A stretch of 64,000 nt of DNA, taken from positions 11,973,166-12,037,165 of the forward strand of contig CM082578.2 of the NCBI GenBank assembly GCA_040954595.2, given 5' to 3'. This document shows positions 11,601 through 23,600 of the stretch, piece by piece. Numbering within the stretch: position 1 is the first letter of the stretch; each line of letters opens with the position of its first letter. The position numbers and the translations under genes were made by a program. This DNA is from Balanoglossus misakiensis. Lineage: Eukaryota > Animalia > Hemichordata. Below the pieces are notes generated by a model. It was given only the letters and a program-made list of their open reading frames with translations, did not search any database and had not been told where the DNA came from.

Positions 11601-14600
11601 TTCGTGTCCAAGGAAAACATTCTCGAGAATAATTCTATTTAAATCAACGGGATTTAATTCCTGCATTTATTCTTCCAATCAGTCTGAAGCCTATTAAAGT
11701 TGCAATCTACTTAGGTACTGAAAAAATATATCTATTTCGGTTTTCCCAATGCCGAAAACATGTTGTTCCCGGAAAGACAATTATTTAACGGCCCTTTTTA
11801 TAGCATTATTGAGCATTGAAATTACCAATTTTCCCTAACTGTTTCTTGTAAAATTGCACCTTGTTTAAATATGTCCAAATCACATCGCTGGACTTCAATA
11901 TATGAATTCATATGTCTCTCTCGGGCCTCGGATATTGCTAGTCCCCTTTGCAGTACTTGCACGTCCCAGCGATCGGAAGCATTTAAGATATACCTAGGTA
12001 AATACTTGATAATGACTGCAGAAACGTTAATGAATACTCCCAAGTGTCCAGAACTCATCCTTCTCGATTATAGTCATTTAGATTAGATTGGATTCCTAAT
12101 AGATTTATGGACATAACTGGCGATATGAGAGCCAATGAGCAAAATATGGGCAAATAGACGAAATCGAATTAGTTTTATCAGATTACAGAACATTATTCCA
12201 TATCGCCACTACAGATAAACGACCATTTCATATACAAATATTTCACTAAGCATATCTCCAGGGAGATGATTTGAGAAAATTGCGCATTTAAATTCGATTT
12301 GGGTGATTTTAGATCTGGCACTCAGTAAGCATCGTTATTAAGCGTATACAAATGGATTATTGAACATTAAATAATTCGCGACATAAGAATATTTACACCT
12401 ACATCTCTTTTTGTATCCGATTTTTTTTCTTTGAATCCATTCACTATTGTGACTCTGTACATACTGTTCTGGCCAGACACAACTTTCCTTGTTTTTTATC
12501 TGTACCGTGCGCTTTCTCAGCTAAAACTTCATCATAGCCCTCAGTCCGCGACCTTACCTGTCAATAAATCTTCAAGTACGTTGAACGTAGAGTTGCTTAA
12601 AATGATAGGTTGGTGTTCGTTTTCGCCGATGACGTCAACATATATCGTGGCCGATGATGACAACGAGGGCGCTCCTTTGTCCGCAACTTCCACCGTCAAT
12701 TCATAAGATTTTATGGCCTCGTAATCTAGTGACGTCACAAGAGTTAGTTCACCTGTCACAGCGTCGAGACTGAAAACGCTATCGTCATTTCCGCCTGAGA
12801 AATAAAAGTCGTTTAGAAATTTTGAAGATACTGGAGATTATCAATAAATGTTAATTAATGATGTTATCTTAAAGCCTCATCATTCGCCCTCACCAAGAGA
12901 TGTGCAAATGTATGTTTATGTTATCTGACAAATCTATGCCAACTGTTGGGAAAAAACATCACGGCGTTCGTCTTACCTGTCAAGACAAACTCATTGTCGG
13001 ATTCAGTTAAATCCCTGTCTGTCACGTCCAATTTAATAACTGTGAAGCCAATCGGCGACTGTTCACCCACACTCACAAAATAGTTGATCTGTCGGAGAAA
13101 TAAGAGAAATAGATATTAGGCCTTTTTGACAAATTTTTCATTCTCCTTATGACTAGGAAATCAAATGGAATTTTTCTCAGTCCTATACCTGTTGAAACAT
13201 CGGTTCGTTGTCGTTGACGTCACCAATGGTCAACGTCACCGTTTGTGAAGCTGACAGAGCGTCGGCTGAATTCAGGGGCGTGTCCGTGACTTTGACAACG
13301 AACTCATAACTGTCCATCGCCTCTCGATCCAACGCTGACGTCAGAATGATATCGCCCGTCACGTGATCTATGGCGAAAGGAACGTCAGCCGCTGCTTGCA
13401 TCGTGAAGATGACGTCACCATCGGTACCCGTATCGTCGTCAGTGGCGAGAACTTTGCCCAAAATGGTCCCTGTGAATAATCGTGCGACCAAATCGAACTA
13501 AATGAGTTTAAAATCTAGGAAAGTCAGGAAAGGCTTCATCTGCTAAGGATGTCGCGCGTCATTCATGTCAATTTTGAACAGTCCTACTCTACATGCCCAC
13601 TGCACTTCGCTTGGCCTTTTCAATGAAACCGTGGTGTAGAGATCGTTCTGGTGTCTAGGTTTCGCCTGATACGATTATGTTGTCTGAAAATGCTTTAGTA
13701 CACGATCCAATCAAAGACACTCTTTTCTAGTGTCTATGATCCAATTAAGAGAATATATGCTACGGAATATGGAACCATAACACTGTTTTTACAGCGGTAT
13801 AAACTCTAGAAATAAAAACCTCACACCTTTTATGCACTCTACGTCTGCGGCATTCAATTAATTTGCCCGACTATTACTTTACCTGCCAATAAATCTTCAT
13901 CTGCATTGAAAGTAGAACTACTTAAAATTATGGGCTGGTGCTCGTTTTCGCCGATGACGTCAACATAAATCGTGGCCGACGACGACAAGGGAGGCGTCCC
14001 CTTATCCGCAACTTCTACCGTTATCTGGTAGGACTTGGTCGTCTCGTAGTCCAGTGACGCAGCCAGGGTCAGCTCTCCCGACGCGCCATCGACGGCGAAC
14101 ATTCCATCATCATTCCCTGCTGTCATGCGCAGACGGGGTAAAATATGAGAGGCGGTGCACGGGGCAGAGAGATGAAAGCCAGTGTACCATAAAGACGATA
14201 TAACTTTGATAGTCTGATTTTTGAGATAAGAAAAACAGCAGAGGTGTATGGTCGTTCCACAACGAGGTCTACAAGGTCATGTTGGCATGTGGTTCTTCTC
14301 GTTAGAAAGTGATTTTGTGAAGTCAACGTCGAAAGTACAAGGTGTATGGGGCACATAAAACATCGCCGTGGTCTGTGCACACGCACGTAGGACCTACGTA
14401 GCTCAGAAGGAACTGTTTCTGAATCCTGTGAGAACGTCGATTCCTCTTAATTATAACTGAGAGAATATGCATGACAACATAGTTTGCGTACCTGATATGA
14501 GAAAACTAAACTCATTGTTCGGTTCGGCACCATCTTTATCGGAAGCATTCAGTTTAATGATTGTGTGGCCAATCGGTGACTTTTCTGTCACGCCAACAAA

Positions 14601-17600
14601 CGTATTTGTCTGTAATAAAAGCAAGTAAATGTTCGTTTGAAAATTTTAATTAAATCTAAAAATCTGCAATACGTAGAAATGCCATACTCCTAACTTCACG
14701 ATTGTTTGTCATTGGGTATTAATTAGCCAGGCCTACCTGTTGGAATATTGGTTCGCTATCGTTCACATCACCAATGGTTACTGTGATTGTTTGTGACACG
14801 GAAAGGGCGTCCAGTGAATCCAGGGGCGTGTCCGTGACCGTGACAACAAACTCGTAACTGTCTGTCACCTCTCGATCCAACTCTGACGTCAGAATGATGT
14901 CACCCGTCACGTGATCGATAGTGAAGGGAACATCAGCTGCTGCTTGCATCGTGAAGATGACGTCACCATCTAGCCCTTCATCGAGGTCGGTGACGAGAAC
15001 TTTGCCAATTGTCGCCCCTGTGAATGGAGTATTCGGATCCAAACTAGGCATTTATTAACAAGTACATGAAACCACGAACAAAGTAAGAGACAGGCGCTGA
15101 TCTAACACAATTACAGTCAGATGAAATTTAATAGCGCTGCTTTTTTATTAAAGGGTCTCAAGAAGCAATAAAACGCCGATGCAATTTGACAACTTTCAGA
15201 CTACCAGCTCACCTGTAAACAAGTTCTCATCTGCGCTGAAAGAAGAACCGCTTGAAATGATGGGTTGGTGTTCATTTTCCCCGATGACGTCAACGTACAC
15301 CGTGGCCGAAGATGACAGCGACGGCACTCCTTTGTCCGCGGCTTCTATGGTTAATTCATAGGAGTGTGTAATCTCGTAGTCTAGTGACGTCACCAGGGTC
15401 AGCTCTCCCGACGCAGCGTCAATTACAAACTTCCCATCGTCGTTTCCACCTAATCAACCGCAGTCGATCGAAAAGTTAGTGAAGAGATGAACAAATTGCA
15501 GCAGAAGAGTGGTATTATTTTATGACAAATGACTACACAACAACAACATCATATATGTATAGCGTGTTTGATTGAAACTGCTGAGGACGTCACGTCGACC
15601 ATAGAGGTACTAGTACCTCCATGCGTCGACGTAGTGTTCGAACAAGGTGGTTTGATACCAGTGTATGTTTAGCGAGAGATTGGACTGTTGTCAGAGATTG
15701 ACGCCTGTCCTATGGCCTAAGGTTTCGAATTCAACCCGGATAGGACAGCCGTCAAAAAAGCTCATCACTGTATTATATAAATTATCTACACGTGTCACTT
15801 GGTGAAAATCTACGGATTTTCTTCTGCGTCACAAGATAATAGCCTCTTTATTTGCAACCGCGGGATTAAAAGATTTAAAGTTCTCCTACCCGACAGAACG
15901 AAACCGAATTGGTTATTCGGCCCAGTAGCATCGCTATCAGACGCATTCAATCTCGCAACTACGTAGCCTGGCGGAGATTTTTCACTGACGCTGACAAACT
16001 TCTTCGTCTGTAATAAAAATTGATCCCTTTTTAATAGTGCCTGCTTTTGGTTTAGATGATTACATTTCTTACTATCAAAAACGTTTCGACATATATATGG
16101 CTAGTGATAGTTTTGTTTGGTGAAGTACACATTTTATTGTGACTGAAGCTTTAAGTTCACGATGCAAATTGAATAGTGCAGTGTCCAGTTTTCGGTGAGA
16201 AATTTGAGATGTAGCATTGGCTTCAATAATATTCCTATTCATTTTACGTGGAAAATTAATGAACTGAAAATTGTGTGTATTTGCATACAGAAGGGATGAC
16301 GAAATCAGTATCGAACTTCCCAATTTACCTGTTGAAATGTCGGTGAGTTATCGTTAACATCGTCAATGGTTACTGTGATTGTTTGTGACGCCGATAGGAC
16401 GTCCGATGAATTTAGGGGCGTGTCCATGACCTTGACAACGAACTCGTAACTGTCGATCGCCTCTCGATCCAAATCCGACATCAGAATGATGTCGCCCGTC
16501 ACGTGATCTATGTTGAAGGGAACGTCAGCCGCTGCTTGCATTGTGAAGATGACGTCACCATCAATACCCATATCGTCGTCGGAGACGATAACTTGGCCAA
16601 TACTCGTCCCTGTGAATAATGTCACGGTACCTAATTCAAAACATTGACATCACTTCTTAATTTTAGACAAACTTAGTTTTTTCTTTGCTATTTTTCTGGT
16701 GTGTGTCTTTACGTTTATACTTGATCTAAGTTGTATATTTATTGACACGCCATTGATTTAACGTCAGTGGTTCAACTCCAATTTTCTCAGTAAAGTGACC
16801 AATAGCACTTTACCTATCGACATGTCTTCATCTACATTGAAAGCAGGGGCGCTTAAAATGGTTGGTTGGTGATCGTTTTCGCCGATGACGTCAACATAAA
16901 TCGTGCCTGATGCTGACAAAGATGGCGCTCCTTTATCCACAGCTTCTACGGACAATTCGTAGGATTGCGTCATCTCGAAGTCAAGAGGCGCCACCACGGT
17001 CAGGTCGCCCGAAATTGCATCGACGGCGAATTTCCCGTCGCCGTTTCCACCTGCCAAAGATAGAATGGTTTCATATAAGTGGAAAGAGCAACGAGCTGTG
17101 TTATACTTCAGCCGCGGAGCTTCTGTGTCAGCTGACCTGTGTTCCTCATGTACGGTCCCGATGGCTGACAAGGGAACGTGACGAAAATCTGGCGGTTTTT
17201 TTTTCATTTGGAGGGGCATCATTCGGTTGAGTTCTTCAAAGTTAATTCCAATGCATAAAAGTAATAGGTGTTTCTCGCCGACACTTTCTGAATGCGCTGT
17301 CTTCATAGTCCAAGTAGTATTTGAAACGACTTCTTGATTTAAGATCTAAAGACAATTTCCTCTTACCTGTGAGGACAAAACTGAACTCATTATTCGGTCC
17401 AGTGGCATCACCATCAGACGCATTCAACTGAACTACTGTGTAGCCTACCGGTGATTTTTCGCTCACACTGACGAACATTGCGGGCTGCAAGAATATTGGA
17501 TGAATCTTAAATTGACGCAATGGACAGACTGAGCGCAAGAACAGAGTTCTGTGACTTGAAACTCTATACAGACCAGTTAAACTACGAGAATTGTCCGGTT

Positions 17601-20600
17601 TAGAATTTGACTGTCAACAGTCACAAATTTGTGTCGTGCGGAGTTTTCGTCCATGAAATGTTATGATAATTGCCTGTGGGGTTAGGAAGGAAGTACAAAA
17701 ACTGTAACAAACTGACCGATTCAAAAATTGGGGCATTGTCATTAACGTCTAAAATGACGACATCGATAGTTGCCACGCTGGCGGGCTGCGGATTGGCCAG
17801 ATTTCTGTCCTGTGCTTCCACGGTTAGCGTGAATTCGGATCTCCCGTCTTCTCTGTCAATAGGACCGACAATGTACAATATCCCTGTGGAAAAAAAGTGA
17901 TGACGGTTTTGTCATAAAACACAAATACTAGTAAATTCCTGAAATTTTTCTAAATGGGCAGTAGGCTATTGGGCTTATCAACGTGGCCTATATGAAGTGA
18001 ACGCAATTCATACAAAGCTTGACTTGTGTTACTTGGACGGCAACTGGTTGCCTTGGTAATATCAAAGTCTCGCGAGATCTCGCAATGAGAGGAAAGTTAT
18101 CCAATCATGAACAAGGTTATTCTGTAGATTTATACGAGATGTTACCGGAGGATTGCCTTCAATTCTGGGAATATTATCACCATCGGAAATAAAGAGTTTG
18201 GCAATAATATGACGCCGTGGGGTATTCTTGCCAAGCCCTACAAATCAGTTTTGTAATAATGTAACGCCATGATGTGAATTGAAATACGTTCTTTACTGCT
18301 AGAGGTAAATAGTATCGTCCCCCCCCCCAACTTCAGTATTATTGTTTGACAAACTCAATAACGGCATACCAGTTTCATCGATGTGAAATTGCTTGAGGTC
18401 ATTGCCCGACAACCAGGTGTACGATATCTGCCCATCAGCTGTTCGACTGGAATCGCAGTCCTCGCCGCCAATGTCGACAACAGGAGTCCCGACAGTTTGG
18501 TTTTCGGCTATTGCTACGAAAGAGGGGTGGTTAATTATGAATGCCATGTATCTTAACATAAAATTTACAAAGGACCGGGAATTATCGCAGTCTAGTACTT
18601 CGGCGAGTATCTAAAATTAGAAAACCTCGACGGAACTGCGGTAAACGCTGAGAACTGTTTAGAGCTTGCAAGCGTCGCTTGCCGATGTCTTTTGAATCGG
18701 CAAGTTATGCGGTTTGTCAGGTGTAAATTTCATATGTACACTAAAGACCGACCAAATCACTTGATGTCAAGATGGCAGCTAAAGAGAGCATCTCGGTAAT
18801 TTAAAGTCGCCAGCGTTTACAGTCAATTTAAATCTTGGCGCCAACTAAACGACCCAAAATGACGCTCGGCCGACGACAAACTGACTATTGCGTTCATCCG
18901 GGGATTTTGAGTGAAATGTTGTATGACATGTAAACTAATTGTTTTTAGAAATCTTGCAATGGCGATATTTATCTTATTTAAAATAACGACTATAAAGCGG
19001 TCCTATCGCAACCGATCTTGCGAAAGCAACGCCGTGGGAACGGTACTTACAAATTGACAAGTTCCCAAAGTGTGGTGACGGAAATTCAACGGGGCACTCG
19101 TTGATTGGCCTGACTGTCACCACGATATCCACTGACGTTGTCAAGGCTTCGTCACCGTGGTCGGTGACTTGCACTGTCAGAGGCCACAGGTCGGATTCAG
19201 CGTCGAAGTCGAAACTTAACGGGTCGTTGACATACAAAGTGCCGTTTCCATCAACGCCAAACTTGGTGACGTCACCTGTGGAAGACAAAGCGCGAGGAAC
19301 GGTAACGCTCGGATCAGGGTTCTGGCCAAAAGCCAGTATTTACAAACGTGCAAATACATTTAGGCAACCAACGTAAATAAATCAGCCTTGAATCTAAAAA
19401 AAATCAACCCACTGGACCGCGCAGTTATTTTGTGTACAAGTATAGAAAATGAGATGCGCTGTACTTTTGTATGGAACCACGCATTCTTTCTTACCCGTCA
19501 CTATGGAATAGCTCATATCGGCATTCGCCCCTTCGTCGTTGTCATGGCAGTTCAACCAAGCGAAAGCTGATAGCCATGGCAACCCTTCGTCGATGGAGAC
19601 AAACAGGAGATTCGACGCACACGACGGCGCATTATCGTTGACATCCAAGATAGTCACCGTGACCGACGTCACGGCGGCGAAACTCCCCGGAACAGCGCCG
19701 CCATCGGTCGCCCGCACCTCATACGTGTACACAGGTGCTGTTTCTCTGTCCAGGGGCATTTTCAGGTAGATTTTGCCACTTTGTCCATCAATGTGAAAGA
19801 AATCGCTTCCAGTGCCTTTGGGGAGAGGAAATGCACAAAAAACAATACCATTGAGAATACTTCCGCCGTCGACCCAACATCTTGTACAATTATGCGCTCC
19901 ACGTTCATTCCCATTAAAATATCAAGCGCTGCCAATTTTAGAGCTATCCGATTAGGGTAGCATTGCACTCAGCGACCACTTGAGTTCGGTCGGCTCGTTC
20001 ATCCCGCCTCCTTGAGGTTGAGCTATTTTATAGGCGAAGAGATAGCCGTGCAAACACTTTGATGTTCGGTGAAAGCCGTGTGATTTTGTCACGCTCAAAT
20101 CCTCTCGAGTTTTTGAACAACACTCCGTTGTCATAAAAAACGAACCCACCAATTTGCAGTGATGGGACCTCGGGGCATAATGTACGGAGTATCACTTACA
20201 CTTAATCCCGGTTTAAATGTTCGGTTTGAAGAAATTCACGAAAAGGGACCTTCTGCCAAGTCCTTTGCGGCACCGTTGAGACCCGTAAATTCACGCGCGC
20301 CAATCCGTCTTTGCCGACGGTTTCTGAATGCATACATTGAATCTGCCCAGGGACGCATCACTTTATATATCTTCTTCATTTTCTCGAATCAACGGAATTG
20401 TATTTTTTCCATGGAAAATATGACTCCCAGTTGCCTTCTACATTAACTACTTGACTCTGCCGAGAGATTCATCTTTGATTGACAGAACGAGCAGACGAAC
20501 GTGTACGTGCATTTTTGTATCAACGGCAGACCAACTCTACCTTTGAAGTGTTAGCCCCACTCTGAAATCAGAAACCCCCTCGTCAGCTACCCATGTGTGC

Positions 20601-23600
20601 CGTCGCCTTGGAAACAGGCAGTCCAATTAAATAGATGATATAGCGGATGACTAAACAGTGTCGACTGGGTTGGCCTGTTCAACGTTTCATTTTCCGGGCA
20701 GAGTGATTTTGGTGTTCGATACTTAGTGTCGTATTCGGGGCATTGATTCTAGTACTGTACTGCAGCTCTCGCGGAGCAGCCCGTAATCAAAAGCAATTTG
20801 CTACCGATAAAATGTAAATGTTGTCCCATTTCCAAGTAAATATTTGGACGCTGATGGGAGAAAATGCGGATGTTTTCGTGAGTTTTGTGTACACTGCTTA
20901 GTTGCAATCGTTCAGAATATTTACTTATTTCGACTCGGCTTCTAAAACGACGGATGGGCAGCTCAATGTAAACCTGTGTTGACAAGACACATTTCTGTCG
21001 GCAAGTTTACTACGTGTATTGCTATTGGCATGGTTGAATTCAGCGTTTCGGATCGGCTAATCTGTTTTGGCTATTTCTCTAATGTAGCGTACCTGATATA
21101 GTATAGGTAATTAGTCCGTCAGAAGTATCGGAACTGTCCTCGTCAGATGCCGCCACGGTGAAAATGACATTGCCCACCGTCGTGTTTTCGTGAACGCTCA
21201 CGTTGAAGGGCCCGTCGTCCGTGAAGACGGGAGCGTGTTCGTTGACACTGGTGACGTCGATGGAGACAGTTGCAGTGGTAGTGGCGTTTTCTTGGTCTTC
21301 TACTCCGATCAGCAGCTGCAGAATACACAAAAACAAACCGACCAATTTATTCTATCTTAGTAGCTGTGAGGGGAAAAACCGTGTTCCTCTCAATACACTA
21401 AGTACATGTACACAGCATAACTGTTTTCTTACAAGAGTCTGACAAGAGCTAGCGCGGTTCGTCAGCGAAAATGAAAAACTCGCTCGAATATACACTCCAC
21501 GTCTATAGTTGTTCACCGATGTGTGTATGATATGGCATGTGAAGAATGGCTTGAAATGGTTGGTAATGCGCTAGATTCCATGGATCGATGCGCGCAAGTA
21601 CCAAAATTGACGCAAAGCGAAATGACCGCGCGCTAGCGCTACTTTAATGACGTGTCACAAAAAAACTAAGCATAGAGCATTGTAATGTATACCAATCTTT
21701 TTTTCTCGCAATATGTGTGAGTTACCAGAAATCCTTTCATTTCCTGCAACCTCAGAAAGTGGGACTGTGCATTTCTGGTGATTCAGAATCAACCTTGCGG
21801 TAATAAAGTGGAGCTATAGCCCTGACGTCCACGACAGGCAAAGTACAATAAGTACTGAGGATCTGTCGATCCGGATGATGTTGATAAACATTGATACACG
21901 CATTGATGTTGCTTCTCAAGCCCCAGTCACAACTTTTACAAATAAAATGACGCAAAATATTGACTTGAGGAGATAGTTATTCTAACTCGCACAAATAACG
22001 AAGAACATTTTGCAGTTTTTAGCATAAAATCAATACAACGTTTAGATAATTCTACGTCTATACCTTGTAGGACTGGGTGGCCTCAAAATCGAGCGACCTG
22101 TTCGAGGCGACCTCCAGTGCACCAATACCTGCTACCTCGGTGAGTTCAAAGTCGTCGTTGATATTGCCCGATAACACGGAGTAAGTCAGATTATCGCTAT
22201 CGCCATCTGAAGTGCATGCCAGTGTCAATACATGACCGTGTTTTCCCTCGGAAAAACTGGCGTAGTAAAAATCTGGATCACAAACGAGGACTGCGTTGAC
22301 TTCTGAAACAAGAGAGAGGGAGGGGGGAGAGAGAGAGGGCGAAAGAGAGAGAGACAGGGAGAGAGAGACAGAGATATATTACATTAAAATTATTAGTACG
22401 CGAATAGCTATCTGTTATCATTCCTAATTAAGCTATCCAGATCACACATAATTTAGACCCCGAAGTGATGCCTGTTTACCATCTGACTTTGAGTCTGTTA
22501 TAGAAAATTCACATGTTTTATGGACCAGTGGAAGTTGGTGACATTTCGTATACGATAAAGTACATGTACATTGTGACTTAGCAATTTTGAAGACTGGATA
22601 ATGAAGAGTTTATTCTGCATAGAACTGTCAGAGAGCAATAAGAGCAAATAACGATTCTCCAACCCCTCGTGATTTCCACAAACGTCTTCGTGCAAATTGT
22701 CGAGGATACCTACACCTGAGCCTTCTTTGTGTACAAACAATATGCTTAAGTCAGCCCATACATTATCGCTCATCTGATTCTGACAGCCACTGTCCCTCCA
22801 AACACACTCGTGTCGTGACGCGCGAAAATAATGTCAAGAGTCGCCTTTTCTAAATGTCAAAAGGCAAAAAAAAAGTTAAGTCGACATGAATGAAATCCGC
22901 TCACAACGGACGGGAAGAGGAAGTTTTAGGCACTACGGCACACGAATGTTGGGGATTATACGGACAGAACTGGAAATGCCGTTAATGAATGGTAAACCCA
23001 GTGTGGTTCTTTGAAGCACACTTGCAGCTGCAGTGTCATTTGGAAAAAAAACAACAACATCGCGTGTCAGAAAAAGAGACAAGCACAGAGACACAAACAG
23101 AACGGCATATAAACACATGCAAATTGCATACGTATGTATGTATGTATTATTCCATTTATTACTACAAGTTTTTGCTACAGCAGTCTCTCGCAGCTTGGCT
23201 TTCTGTATGCACTCCAGCTATTTTTAGTCACTACAAGATAATTTACACATCATAATTTTCCCGCATTTTATGTAAATCACCCTGACTTGTCAGTCTTACG
23301 TAACACCTACCATACATTCAAAATCTCTATCAGTTCCACTTCGGCAAGTGAGTACAGTGTTATTTTTATATCATTTATTTGTTACTTTTACGCTTTGTCT
23401 CGTTTATTTCACTTTTAACCTGATGAAGTGTATGTATGCATGTATGTGTGTGTACTGTTTGACATCATTTCAGATGCTATATACGATTCACTTAAAACCG
23501 TTCATGAAAACCCCTAATCCGTGTGACTAATCCCAAGCTGCTTCACGACTTGATGTCGGTCCTCTTTGACTCTGTACTATATTTTGAATAAGCTCATGAT

